Shown one piece after another: positions 1-9,549 of a stretch of DNA of 64,000 nucleotides. The DNA comes from an uncultured Armatimonadia bacterium (GTDB lineage Bacteria > Armatimonadota > Zipacnadia > CAZGSV01): the NCBI GenBank assembly GCA_964528605.1, contig CAZGSV010000007.1:62-64061 (forward strand), read 5' to 3'. Numbering within the stretch: the first letter of the stretch is position 1; the number at the start of each line of letters is the position of its first letter. The notes under the pieces were generated by a model. It ran no database searches, was not told the origin of the DNA, and worked only from the letters and a program-made list of their open reading frames with translations. Made by a program: the position numbers and the translations under genes.

Positions 1-213
1 TGCCGGCCTCCTCATGCGCCGCGGTCGTAGGTATCAGGGGAACATCTCCGCGCGCGAAATCCACGCTGGAGTTCGTAGCGCCGAGCGCAGCATCGCGTCC
101 CGCCCTGCTTACCGTACTCCCCCAACTTCCTCAACCCCCCTCCCGCGCGGTGCCTTTACCCGTGTAGGCACCGCAGGTTCACCTCGGCCCGCGACGCCGT
201 CAGGCGTCGAATG

Positions 214-237
214 GTAGGGGCGACCGGGCGGGTCGCC
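214..237 (+). repeat. GTAG-headed REP-like palindrome
   Basis: GTAGGGGCGACC-GGGCG-GGTCGCC, intergenic. Confidence 0.5.
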
Positions 238-313
238 TGCGGCTCGGGCGGCTCCCGAATCCCGGGCTTGCCGAACACCGCCTGCGCCCGATAACGTCAA
301 CCTGCCAGGAATA

Positions 314-2905
314 ATGGAGGCCTGTCCCATGCACGGATTCGAAACGCCGCTGTTTCTATGCCTGTGCTCCTGCATGCTGATCGCGTCGGCCACTTTCTGC
401 GCCGCCGGCACGCCCGAGCCCGCCCCCTTCATAAACACCTGGCTGCTCGCCGGCACCTTCGACAATGACGCGCAGAACTCAGGCTATGAGCGCGACTGGA
501 TTGACGAGGCCAATGTGGCGCCGCGCTTGGGGATGGTATCCGCCGGCAAGGCGTGGCGCTACTTCGACGACCGCCTCTTCTCGCGCAACTACGACGACTA
601 CCAAGACCTCTTCAGCTACTTTCGAGTCAAACGGGGAGAGTCCGTGGCGGCCAAGGTCGCCTACGCCCACATCTACGTTCACAGCGCCCGCGCACAGTCG
701 GCCCAACTCCGCGTTGGAGCCGACAACGAGTTCAAAGCCTGGCTCAACGGCTCGTTGGTGGCCTCAAGTGTGGAAGGCGCCCCTTACCGGGACACGATCA
801 AGGCTCCCGTGGTCCTGCAAGCCGGCTGGAACCGCCTGCTGCTCGAGGTCGCCAATCAAGAGAACGGCCGCTTCGGTTTCTACGCGCGCCTTTGCGACGA
901 GCACGGAGGTCGCCTTGCAGGTGTTACGCTGTCCCTCAACGGCGGCAACGGGCTGCTGAAGATCGCCACGGCAGACATGCCCGACGCGCCTAGCGGGAAC
1001 ATGCCGGTGGGTTACCGCGAGTGGCCCTACGTCGGCGCGAGCGCAGCCGAGAGCGCGAACCGGCACGAACACCAGGGCCTCTACCTGCGCAAGCCGGAAC
1101 TCGCCTTGCAGTCCTCCGACTTCGCCCTTCTCGCCGACGGCGGCGCGCCTCCTTATCGCTGGACGCTGGCCGAGGGCAACCTCCCTCAGGGGCTCAGGCT
1201 CGACGAGGACGGCACGATCAGAGGCACCATCGCCGGCGAAGCCGACCTGGGTGACTACGCACTGCGCGGGAAGGTGACCGACAGCGCCGGCGCCTCCGCC
1301 ACCAAGCGCCTCACGCTCACTGTCAACGAGAGGCCCAACAAGTGGTACGAAGAGGCGCGCCTGACCGCCCTCATTCACTCGCCCGAGAGCATGCCCGACG
1401 GCGAGTTCTCCCGCTTCGCCACACTGATGAAACGCCAAGGCTACGGCATCGGCATGGTCATCTCCTACAACAACGGCGACTACCGCTACCGCTGGCCCTC
1501 TGTATACGAATCCGACAACCCGCTCGGCGACCTGCTCGGAAAGTACAAGGCCGCCCTGGAGGCCGAAGGCATCAAGTTCGGCATGTACATCGGCAGCCTG
1601 AACGGCCCTAACCACGGTGGCGAGAACGGCACGATCCTGATGCTCGAGGACGCCATGCGCAGATACCGCCCGGCCGCCCTGTGGTTCGACTGGGCCGGGT
1701 GGGACGGCTTCTCCCTCGATGCCCTCTACAGCATGATCAGGTCCTACAGCCCCGAGACGGTGATCGTGCTCAATGGCCTGCCCACCATCAGCAACGGCGA
1801 CTGGGACGTCATCGTCCTGGAAGGGTGGGGCGCTTGGGGCGACCGCCGCTGGGACCTCTGGCCCTTCCCGGTCGCTTGGCCCAAGAGGCAGTCCGTGGAA
1901 ACGTGGCGACTCGTGGCCGACCCCGATTTCGAGTACTCCAAGGACGTCTGGCCAGACTGGCAGGAATACCTGCGCATCCAGATCTCGCTCATCGGCGAAG
2001 GCTATGTCGCCAACATTGACCACAGCCCCACCATCCGCCACCCCATCTCCACCCTGAGCGATTCCTACACGCTTCAGTGCCACGAGAAGATGGCCGACTG
2101 GGCCAATCCGCCTGGGGCGCCGCCACTGCACGAATCCTACACCAAGGTGGACCCCGGCCCGCTCCCGGAAGCCGATTGGGGCTACAACACCATCAACCTC
2201 AGCCGCGACGTCATCTACTTGCACATGCTGGAGAATCCCCACGGGAAGACGGGCAAGCCTGCTGGCGAGGTGCTTTCCCTCGGGCCGATCAAGCAGGCGG
2301 TGAGACGCGTCGTCTGGATGAACTCAAGCAAGCCCCTTCCATTTCACCAGCGTGGCAGCGATCTCACCATCCGCCTGAACGGCGTCACCGCCGACCTGGT
2401 TGACACCATCATCAAGATCGAGTTGGCGGGCCCGCATCCCTTCGTTGAAACCGCGAGTGCGCCGCCCAGGCAAGTCCCGCCCGGCAATCTCGCCACTCAC
2501 AAGCCCGCCCGCCTGCTCAGCTCGAGCGGCACCGCGCTGCTTCCTGCCGCCGGCTTCCAGTTCGCGCCCTACGGAGTTGACGGCGTCGCCTTCACCTACG
2601 CCGAGGCTGGCGACGAGTGGGCGTGGACCTACCAAGTGGACCTAGAGCAGGTCTATCCTCTCCATCGCGTCGTCATTCATTTCGGGCCGGGCTTCGCGAC
2701 CGAGTACAAGTTGCACCTCTCCGCCGACGGCACCCACTGGACGACAGTTGACCATATGGTGGGGTGCACCGGCGGTACCCGGCAACACGTGTTCTCGCCA
2801 GTCGAAGCCCGCTACGTCGGCGTTCAGGCCATCAAGCCGGACGCGCCCGACCAGGAAGGCGTCCAGATGTCCATCGCAGAACTTGAGGTGTACGGGGCGG
2901 AATGA
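314..2905 (+). CDS. Secreted multidomain GH29 (alpha-L-fucosidase)-like protein: jelly-roll module + putative Ig (He_PIG-like) repeat + TIM barrel + C-terminal F5/8 type C (discoidin) domain
   Basis: 863-aa ORF with an N-terminal hydrophobic signal. GH29-like motifs 'KAALEAEGIKFGMY' and 'ALWFDW'. Ig-like 'GGAPPYRWTLAEGNLPQGL'. Discoidin-like 'QVDLEQVYPLHRVVI...EARYVGVQ...SIAELEVY'. The start could also be ATG 329. Confidence 0.7.
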   Translation: MEACPMHGFETPLFLCLCSCMLIASATFCAAGTPEPAPFINTWLLAGTFDNDAQNSGYERDWIDEANVAPRLGMVSAGKAWRYFDDRLFSRNYDDYQDLFSYFRVKRGESVAAKVAYAHIYVHSARAQSAQLRVGADNEFKAWLNGSLVASSVEGAPYRDTIKAPVVLQAGWNRLLLEVANQENGRFGFYARLCDEHGGRLAGVTLSLNGGNGLLKIATADMPDAPSGNMPVGYREWPYVGASAAESANRHEHQGLYLRKPELALQSSDFALLADGGAPPYRWTLAEGNLPQGLRLDEDGTIRGTIAGEADLGDYALRGKVTDSAGASATKRLTLTVNERPNKWYEEARLTALIHSPESMPDGEFSRFATLMKRQGYGIGMVISYNNGDYRYRWPSVYESDNPLGDLLGKYKAALEAEGIKFGMYIGSLNGPNHGGENGTILMLEDAMRRYRPAALWFDWAGWDGFSLDALYSMIRSYSPETVIVLNGLPTISNGDWDVIVLEGWGAWGDRRWDLWPFPVAWPKRQSVETWRLVADPDFEYSKDVWPDWQEYLRIQISLIGEGYVANIDHSPTIRHPISTLSDSYTLQCHEKMADWANPPGAPPLHESYTKVDPGPLPEADWGYNTINLSRDVIYLHMLENPHGKTGKPAGEVLSLGPIKQAVRRVVWMNSSKPLPFHQRGSDLTIRLNGVTADLVDTIIKIELAGPHPFVETASAPPRQVPPGNLATHKPARLLSSSGTALLPAAGFQFAPYGVDGVAFTYAEAGDEWAWTYQVDLEQVYPLHRVVIHFGPGFATEYKLHLSADGTHWTTVDHMVGCTGGTRQHVFSPVEARYVGVQAIKPDAPDQEGVQMSIAELEVYGAE

Positions 2906-5211
2906 AGGCCGAGGCCGAGCCAATCTCGGCGATCAGCATGGCGAGGCCCAGGCGTGCCTGGCAGATGCCGACAGTCCTTGCGGTCTTGGCCGCGTTCTGT
3001 CCTGGCGCGCAGGGCATAGCCCACAGCGAGGTTGATTTCATGGATCGCTACAACGTTGTCTGGGACACGCCCAGCGCTGATTCCTCCGGCTCGATGCCGC
3101 TGGGGAATGGTGACATAGGGCTCAACGTCTGGGTTGAGGGAGGCGGCGACCTGCTCTGCTACCTGAGCAAGACCGACGCCTGGAGCGAGAACGTGCGGCC
3201 GCTCAAGTTGGGCCGCGTGCGGATTCGCCTCTCGCCAAACCCTTTTCTCGCGGGCGCGCCCTTCGCCCAGACGCTGCGGCTGAGACAGGGCGAGATCGAG
3301 ATTAGGGCCGGCGCAGCCCCGGCGGAGGTCGTCGCGAGGATCTGGGTGGACGCTAACCAACCGGTCGTCCGGGTCGAGGTCGAAGGGAACGGCCCTGTGG
3401 GCCTCACGGTCACGCTGGAATCATGGCGCACGGAACCTCGCACCCTATCCGGTCGGGAACTCCACAGCGCCTACGGCGCTGAGGACGGCCCCAAGCCGGT
3501 CGTTGTCATGCCCGACACCATCCTGCCGGCCAGCGACAATCGCATCGTCTGGTTTCACCGAAACGCCGAATCCATCTGGCCCGACACCATGACCCTCCAA
3601 GGCATGCCTTCCTGGGCTGAGTGCGCGTCGGACCTTCTCCTTAACCGCACCTTCGGCGGCGTCATCAAAGGCGAGGGCCTCGTCAGCGACGGCCCGTCGG
3701 CGCTCAGGTCCTCTGAGAGCCGCTCGCACCACCTCGTGTCCATCTACGTGTTGACCGCACCAACGCCGACGCCCGAAGAGTGGCTACGCGCCATGGACTC
3801 CCTGATGGCGCGGGTCGAGAACACCGATATCCAGCAGGCCCGCACGCTCCACCACAAGTGGTGGAATGACTTCTGGAACCGCAGTTGGATACGTGTTACC
3901 GGCGCGGAAGATGCCGAAGTCGTCACCCGCGGCTACATCCTTCAACGCTTCATCACCGCCTGCGCCGGCCGCGGCGCCTATCCCGTCAAGTTCAACGGTT
4001 CCATCTTCACCGTGGACGCGCGCGAGCCGGAGGAGAACTACGACGCCGACTATCGCCGCTGGGGCGGGCCGTATTGGCTCCAGAACACCCGCCTCATCTA
4101 CTGGCCACTGCTCGCCTCGGGAGACTTCGACATGATGCAGCCGCTCTTCCGCATGTTCGTCGAGGCCATGCCGCTGGCCCGCGAGCGCACGTGCATCTAC
4201 TTCGGCCACGAGGGCGTCTTCTTCCCCGAGACCATGTACTTCTGGGGCGCGTACGCTAACACCAACTACGGCTGGAACCGTGAAGGCAAACATGTCTCCG
4301 AAGTGGATAACACCTTCATCCGCTGCTATTGGTCGGGCGCGCTCGAACTCCTCGCCCTCGCCTTGGACTACTACGCCTACACCAGCGAGGAACACTTCGC
4401 GCGCGATACGCTGCTGCCGCTGGCCGATGGCATCATCCGTTTCTACGACCAGCATTATCCGCGCGACGAAGAGGGCAAGATCCTCTTCCAGCCCGCGCAG
4501 GCGCTCGAGACCTGGCACGAGGCGGTCAACCCTCTGCCGGAGATCGCCGGCCTGACGTTCGTGTTGCAGGGCCTGCTCTCGCTTCCGGACGCTCTCACCA
4601 CCTCGGAGGAACGCGCCCTCTGGCAGCGCCTGCTCACCGAACTGCCGCCTACGCCCACGACGACACTGGACAGCCAGCCCATCCTCGCGGCCGCGCAGCA
4701 GTTGATCGGCCCCATCCGCAACTCGGAAAACCCCGAACTCTACGCGGTTTTCCCCTACAGGCTCTACGGCGTTCTCAGGCCTGACCTCGAGATGGCGCGC
4801 CGCACCTTCGCTGCCCGGCGCGTCAAGGGCCATGTCGGGTGGCAACAGGATGACACCCAGGCGGCGCTGCTCGGCCTCGCGCAGGAGGCGCGAGAAGGCA
4901 TCGTCCAGCGCTTCTCAGCCAAGCATCCCGGCAGCCGGTTCCCCGCCTTCTGGGGGCCGAACTTCGATTGGATACCCGACCAAGACCATGGCTGTAACGG
5001 CGTCATGGCCCTCCAGACCATGCTGCTTCAGTCCGTGGGGAGCAAGATCGCGCTATTCCCCGCTTGGCCCAAGGACTGGGACGTGGAGTTCAAGTTGCAC
5101 GCCCCCGCCAACACTGCCGTCGAAGGCGTGTACCGCGCCAGCGAACTCGAATCCCTGGAGGTCACGCCGGAGCACAGAGCGCGCGACCTCGTTGTGCTTG
5201 GGCCCCAGTGA
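2902..5211 (+). CDS. GH95-like / DUF5703-type six-hairpin glycoside hydrolase
   Basis: 769 aa, ATGA overlap with the upstream gene. Motifs 'SMPLGNGDIGLNVW', 'KFNGSIF', 'WLQNTRLIYW', 'NSENPELYAVFPY', 'WIPDQDHG', 'LFPAWPKDWDVEFKLHAP'. Confidence 0.75.
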   Translation: MKAEAEPISAISMARPRRAWQMPTVLAVLAAFCPGAQGIAHSEVDFMDRYNVVWDTPSADSSGSMPLGNGDIGLNVWVEGGGDLLCYLSKTDAWSENVRPLKLGRVRIRLSPNPFLAGAPFAQTLRLRQGEIEIRAGAAPAEVVARIWVDANQPVVRVEVEGNGPVGLTVTLESWRTEPRTLSGRELHSAYGAEDGPKPVVVMPDTILPASDNRIVWFHRNAESIWPDTMTLQGMPSWAECASDLLLNRTFGGVIKGEGLVSDGPSALRSSESRSHHLVSIYVLTAPTPTPEEWLRAMDSLMARVENTDIQQARTLHHKWWNDFWNRSWIRVTGAEDAEVVTRGYILQRFITACAGRGAYPVKFNGSIFTVDAREPEENYDADYRRWGGPYWLQNTRLIYWPLLASGDFDMMQPLFRMFVEAMPLARERTCIYFGHEGVFFPETMYFWGAYANTNYGWNREGKHVSEVDNTFIRCYWSGALELLALALDYYAYTSEEHFARDTLLPLADGIIRFYDQHYPRDEEGKILFQPAQALETWHEAVNPLPEIAGLTFVLQGLLSLPDALTTSEERALWQRLLTELPPTPTTTLDSQPILAAAQQLIGPIRNSENPELYAVFPYRLYGVLRPDLEMARRTFAARRVKGHVGWQQDDTQAALLGLAQEAREGIVQRFSAKHPGSRFPAFWGPNFDWIPDQDHGCNGVMALQTMLLQSVGSKIALFPAWPKDWDVEFKLHAPANTAVEGVYRASELESLEVTPEHRARDLVVLGPQ

Positions 5212-5242
5212 CATCCAGAGATGCTGCCCTAGGAGGTCCGCG

Positions 5243-5404
5243 ATGGCCTACAAGATGATTCAGGTCGGCGCCGCTGGCTGGGGCGCGCGGCACGCGCCGC
5301 TCACTCGGACGCCGTTTCGGTATCCAGCGTGTGCGGGCTCACGATCGGCTCCTGCAAGTCGGCCGCTACTTGAGCCGGAACGGGTAGGGTGGGGCGACGC
5401 CTGA
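5243..5404 (+). pseudogene. Probable truncated remnant of a Gfo/Idh/MocA-type Rossmann oxidoreductase
   Basis: Perfect RBS AGGAGG (5231-5236) before ATG 5243. MAYKMIQVGAAGWGA resembles a Rossmann beta1/Gly loop, then the sequence degenerates and overlaps the convergent MATE 3' end. Confidence 0.4.
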
Positions 5405-6803
5405 CCACCGGCCGCTTCCAGCGCCCCGAGAAGTAGTACATCAGGCTGATGACCATCGAAGTGGCGAAACTCGCCGACATCGCGTACCACACGCCCACGA
5501 CATTCTGCAGGCTTCTCGAAAGGTAGGTGGCCAGCGGCACCCGCACGATCCACAGGCTGAAAACCGTGATCACCGTCGTGATGAACGTGTGCCCTGCGCC
5601 GTTGATGACCCCGTTGCTGGCGAACATCACCGCGAACAGCACGTAGCAGGCGCCCACGATGTGCAGGTACCGGACGCCCAGGGCGATCACCTCGGGATCG
5701 TTGATGAACAGGTGAAGCAGCGCCCCCGGCAGGCTCACCACCAACGCGGAACAGGCCAGGGTTATCCCCGCGCTCATCAACACCGCCGACGCGAAGACTC
5801 TGCGCACCCGCGCGTAGCGGTTGGCACCAATGTTCTGCCCCGCCACCGTCGCCACTGCCATCCCAATCGTCATCGCCGGCAGAAAGGCGACCTGGTCAAT
5901 CCGCATCGCCGCACCAAAGGCCGCCACCGCGGTCTCCCCGAAACCGTTCACCAGACCAATCACGAACAACTGCCCAAGCGAGACCACCGACTGCTGAATG
6001 GCAACGGGCAGGCCGATCTTGACGTTAAGCCAAACCGTCTCGGCATCCGCCCGTAGGTGCCTCCAGTCGGGCGCAACCGTGTGTTGCTTCCGCTGGATGT
6101 AGATCAGCAGCGCCGCCAGTGCCACCACTTGTGACACCACCGTGGCCACCGCGGTACCGTTCAGATCAAGCCTCGGCATCCCCAGCCATCCGAACATCAG
6201 GATGGGATCAAGCACCGCGTTGAGTCCCACGGATACCACCTGAAAGTACAGAGGCGTGGCCGAGTCGCCCACGCCGCGCAGCATCGCCGCGATAAGGAAG
6301 AACCCGAACGACGGCGGTATGCTGAAGAGGAAAATGCGCAGGTAGTGCGACGCCAGCGGCAGCACCTCGGCCGGCGTGTTCATCAGGCGCAGCAGCGACT
6401 CCGCGAACAGCAAGCCCATGCCCAGGATCACCAAGGCCAAGCCGCCGCTGAGCACCGTGGCCGACTGCACCACTCGCCGCATCCGCGCCCAATCGCGCGC
6501 GCCCGCCGCTTGCGAGATCAGTATGTTCGTGGCCATGGTGAGCCCGCCCGCTACCGCCACCAGCACGAACACCGTCGGAAAACTCACCGTCACCGCGGCC
6601 AGGGCCGTCGTGCCCAGAAACTTGCCCACCCAAACGGCGTTGATCAGGCTGTAGGCGGTCTGCAGCACGTTCCCAGCCAGCATGGGCAGCGAGAACGCCA
6701 CCAGGTGCCTGGGTATGCTACCGGTCGTCAGGTCACGGCCGTTTCTGAACGCGCCCTGCTTGAGCGTCGTCGAGGATTTCTTGTTGTCTGGAGGGTCCGC
6801 CAA
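5301..6803 (-). CDS. MATE family efflux transporter
   Basis: 500 aa, about 12 TM segments. Motifs 'DLTTGSIPRHLVAFSLPM', 'LRGVGDSATP', 'NAVLDPILMFG', 'GQNIGA'. Confidence 0.92.
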   Translation of the reverse strand: MADPPDNKKSSTTLKQGAFRNGRDLTTGSIPRHLVAFSLPMLAGNVLQTAYSLINAVWVGKFLGTTALAAVTVSFPTVFVLVAVAGGLTMATNILISQAAGARDWARMRRVVQSATVLSGGLALVILGMGLLFAESLLRLMNTPAEVLPLASHYLRIFLFSIPPSFGFFLIAAMLRGVGDSATPLYFQVVSVGLNAVLDPILMFGWLGMPRLDLNGTAVATVVSQVVALAALLIYIQRKQHTVAPDWRHLRADAETVWLNVKIGLPVAIQQSVVSLGQLFVIGLVNGFGETAVAAFGAAMRIDQVAFLPAMTIGMAVATVAGQNIGANRYARVRRVFASAVLMSAGITLACSALVVSLPGALLHLFINDPEVIALGVRYLHIVGACYVLFAVMFASNGVINGAGHTFITTVITVFSLWIVRVPLATYLSRSLQNVVGVWYAMSASFATSMVISLMYYFSGRWKRPVVRRRPTLPVPAQVAADLQEPIVSPHTLDTETASE

Positions 6804-6986
6804 TGCCTCTCGCCACCGACTGCGGAAAGGGTATCTTTAGCACCCGGACCGCCTAGGTGGCAAGCGCCCCGTTGTGCATCGTGGCCGCCCGGAAGCCTAC
6901 TAACTGATGACAACGAACGGCCCCCCGCCCGTTCCCACCTTGCCGCGCAACCGCCGCCCCGCTCGGGCGCGCTGCCCCCTCCCCCC

Positions 6987-8255
6987 CTAGAGCATCTCCA
7001 AGAACGCCTCGATCCGCGTTCTCAGTTGCCCGGTATCCTCCTGGGAATAGTCCGTCTCAATCTTCAGACTCGGAATGCCCTTTTGTTTCAGGGCTGATGC
7101 CACGCGAATGGCCTCCAGATTGTAGCCGTGGCAATACTGCAGCACGTATTGCACCGCACCGGCCACACGGTACTCCTCAGCCAGCCTGAGCACGCTCTCG
7201 ATGCGCTCGTCGTTCGGCGAGAAGCAGGCGCACTCGGTCTTGAGATACCGATCGGCGATGGCCCTGAGTTGCGCCTCCAGGTCTCCATCCGCCTCAGGCA
7301 CCAGGTTCTCAAAGTACCGCGTCCCGGTGCACGTCTCATCGCACACCACGAGCGCGCCGCTCGACTCAAGAAGGTGGTGCAGTTTCCAGTTCCCCGCCAC
7401 CGAAGGACAGCCGGTGATCATGATCCGCTTCGCGCCCTCGCGGCCCACGCTCAGGCCGCGCGCCACCCGCTCCTCCAGGTCCTGGTTCAGCCGCTCCAGG
7501 CTCACAGCGAAGCGCTCGGCATCGTCGGTGAAGGCCGCCTGCGTGACCACCAAAGTGTCCAGGCCGCTTAGTGGCGGCGCCGCCAGGTTGCGGAACGAGT
7601 GCAACCGCGCAAGCCCCCGTCGCCTGCGATTCAATAGCCTCACGGCCTCCGACAGGCTGTCGGCCTCCAGCCTCTTCCCGGTCAAGTCCTCGAGCCGCTC
7701 CTTGAAAGCAAGCACCTCCTCATACCAGAGCGCCGCGTCACGCGGCGACTTCTTCTGCGGCACCTCCATCACGTGGAAGTCGGCTCTCTCGGCCAAAACG
7801 TCCCACGTCTTCTTCTTCGCGTCGCACGTCGTCTCGCCTACGGACATGTCCTCGAGCGGCGCGTAAGGGCACGTCTTCGAAAACGCAAGCCCCAGCGTGG
7901 ATTTGACCAGCGGGCACATGTCCCGCGGAAAGACCCTCTCCGCGTAGGGGACGGAGAACGCCGTGCCCCCGCACAAGGCCAGCGGCAGCACCCCAAGCGC
8001 CACGGCTATCTCCTCGGGCACATACACGCAGAAGGTGCCGATGAACTTGCCCCCCGCCTCCTTGTGGGCGATTATCTCGCGCACCCGCCCGCTGTGCGCC
8101 CGATGGATGACCTCGTCAAAGTACCCCATCGCTCGCGGCCGGTTCTCCTGCCACAGGACCTGCTCGCGGAACTGGGCAGCCGTGTGTTCCGCCAGAGCCC
8201 TGTGACGCTCGACGTCCAGCCCCAGCCCCCGCCACATCTCCTCGTATTCGGTCAC
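6987..8255 (-). CDS. Double-cubane-cluster-containing anaerobic reductase (DCCP; 2-hydroxyacyl-CoA dehydratase HgdB/FldC superfamily)
   Basis: True start is GTG 8255 (RBS AAGGAGG, GTGA overlap with the activator gene), 422 aa. Six cluster-Cys contexts 'TFCVYVPEE', 'DMCPLVKS', 'GETTCDAKKK', 'DETCTG', 'ECACF', 'QYCHGY'. C-terminus 'QLRTRIEAFLEML'. Confidence 0.88.
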   Translation of the reverse strand: MTEYEEMWRGLGLDVERHRALAEHTAAQFREQVLWQENRPRAMGYFDEVIHRAHSGRVREIIAHKEAGGKFIGTFCVYVPEEIAVALGVLPLALCGGTAFSVPYAERVFPRDMCPLVKSTLGLAFSKTCPYAPLEDMSVGETTCDAKKKTWDVLAERADFHVMEVPQKKSPRDAALWYEEVLAFKERLEDLTGKRLEADSLSEAVRLLNRRRRGLARLHSFRNLAAPPLSGLDTLVVTQAAFTDDAERFAVSLERLNQDLEERVARGLSVGREGAKRIMITGCPSVAGNWKLHHLLESSGALVVCDETCTGTRYFENLVPEADGDLEAQLRAIADRYLKTECACFSPNDERIESVLRLAEEYRVAGAVQYVLQYCHGYNLEAIRVASALKQKGIPSLKIETDYSQEDTGQLRTRIEAFLEML

Positions 8256-9028
8256 GAGTCCCCCTCCTTGCCTCGCGCACTCTCGGCGGCAATCAACGCC
8301 GCCCCAATCGCGGGAACGATCTGCGGGTTCTCGGGCACGAACACAGGGATTCCGAGCCGCTCGCCCAGCAGACCAACGATGCATCCGTTCTTCGCTCCCC
8401 CGCCGACGAGGAGAATCTCGGCCCCAGGTTCGACTCTGGATATCAGGCTTTCCAGTCGCACGACTATCGCGTGATGCAGACCGAGAGCAATCCTTCTCCG
8501 ATCGCCGCCCGAGGTAACCAGGGAGACGACCTCCGACTCGGCGAACACCGTGCACATGCTGCTGATCGGAACCGCCGCGTCGGCAGCCAGCGCCTCGCGC
8601 CAGAACTGCTCAATCTCCCAACCCAGCGCGCGCGCCATCAACTCCATGAACCGCCCGGTGCCGGCCGCGCAGCGATCGTTCATCTCAAAGTCATCGAAGT
8701 CCCCGTCCGGTGCCACGCGAATCGCCTTGCAGTCCTGGCCCCCGATGTCCACCACGGTCGTGCAGCCCGGCCGCACGAATGCCGCGCCCCGCGCGCACGC
8801 CTTGATCTCGCTCACCACGCCGTCGGCGAACTCCACTTTCAGCAGGTGTCGCCCGTAGCCGGTCGCGGTCACGGCCTCGAACTTCAGTCCCTCCATGGCC
8901 TGGCGCACCTTGCGCATCGGATCGTGGTCGGTGTCGAAGATGCGAAAACTCTCAACCCGCTCGCCGTCCAGCGTCACCATCTTGGTGGTGCGGGAGCCTA
9001 GATCAATCCCAAGCACGAGGCCGTTCAT
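8252..9028 (-). CDS. ASKHA-family ATP-dependent [4Fe-4S] activator/reductase (DCCP-R; HgdC/BadG-like)
   Basis: Motifs 'GIDLGSRTTK', 'ATGYGR', 'DIGGQDCK', 'MNDRCAAGTGRF', 'SMCTVFAESEV', 'GGGAKN'. ATG 9028 overlaps the PAP2 stop (TGATG); GTG 9031 is an alternative start. Confidence 0.9.
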   Translation of the reverse strand: MNGLVLGIDLGSRTTKMVTLDGERVESFRIFDTDHDPMRKVRQAMEGLKFEAVTATGYGRHLLKVEFADGVVSEIKACARGAAFVRPGCTTVVDIGGQDCKAIRVAPDGDFDDFEMNDRCAAGTGRFMELMARALGWEIEQFWREALAADAAVPISSMCTVFAESEVVSLVTSGGDRRRIALGLHHAIVVRLESLISRVEPGAEILLVGGGAKNGCIVGLLGERLGIPVFVPENPQIVPAIGAALIAAESARGKEGDS

Positions 9029-9549
9029 CACGGCCGCTTCCAGCGCGCCTCAAGCAGGAGGACCACCGCCCCGGCCAGCATTCCGGTCCCCAGGCCGCCG
9101 AGCACGTCGGTGGGCCAGTGCATGCCCAGGTAAGGGCGAGACACGCACGAGAGCAATCCGTAAAAGCCTGCCGCTATCGCCGCCCTCCGGCTCAGCCGCG
9201 CCAACACGGTCGTGGCCGCCGCCGCCGAACTCGCGTGTCCCGACGGGAAAGACCCGTTCTGCCACACGCGCCCGATGACGTTCAGATGCTCCAAGAGCAT
9301 ATAGGGTCGCGGCCTGAACCAGAGATCTTCGATGGCGCCATCGAACGCTACTGAAACTACTATCGCCGCCACCACCCAGAAGGCGATGCGACGCCCCTCC
9401 CGTCCCCCGACCAACACCAGCCCCACGCAGATCAGCCACCACACCAGGCTCCAATCGCCCGCAGTGCTCGAGGCGACCATCAGTGAGTCAATGCCCCGCC
9501 CCCACGAGCGGCTCAGCCACTGGACAATGTGGGCCTCCGTCCCGTACAC
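9028..9549 (-). CDS. PAP2-family membrane phosphatase
   Basis: Catalytic motifs 'RPRPY', 'SFPSGHA', 'SRPYLGMHWPTDVLGG'. GTG 9549 is preferred over TTG 9600 because of its upstream purine-rich RBS. Confidence 0.85.
   Translation of the reverse strand: MYGTEAHIVQWLSRSWGRGIDSLMVASSTAGDWSLVWWLICVGLVLVGGREGRRIAFWVVAAIVVSVAFDGAIEDLWFRPRPYMLLEHLNVIGRVWQNGSFPSGHASSAAAATTVLARLSRRAAIAAGFYGLLSCVSRPYLGMHWPTDVLGGLGTGMLAGAVVLLLEARWKRP

Noticed and set aside
764-2242. Long antisense ORFs (also 3784-4845, 14818-16494, 18325-19710, 20808-21905, 25269-26078, 30909-31769, 59901-61781)
   Set aside because: They are shadows of real genes on the opposite strand, expected in GC3-biased DNA, and carry no recognisable motifs.
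8256-8555. N-terminal 100-aa extension of the DCCP ORF in the track
   Set aside because: It overlaps the activator gene in another frame; the true start is GTG 8255 with an RBS and GTGA coupling.
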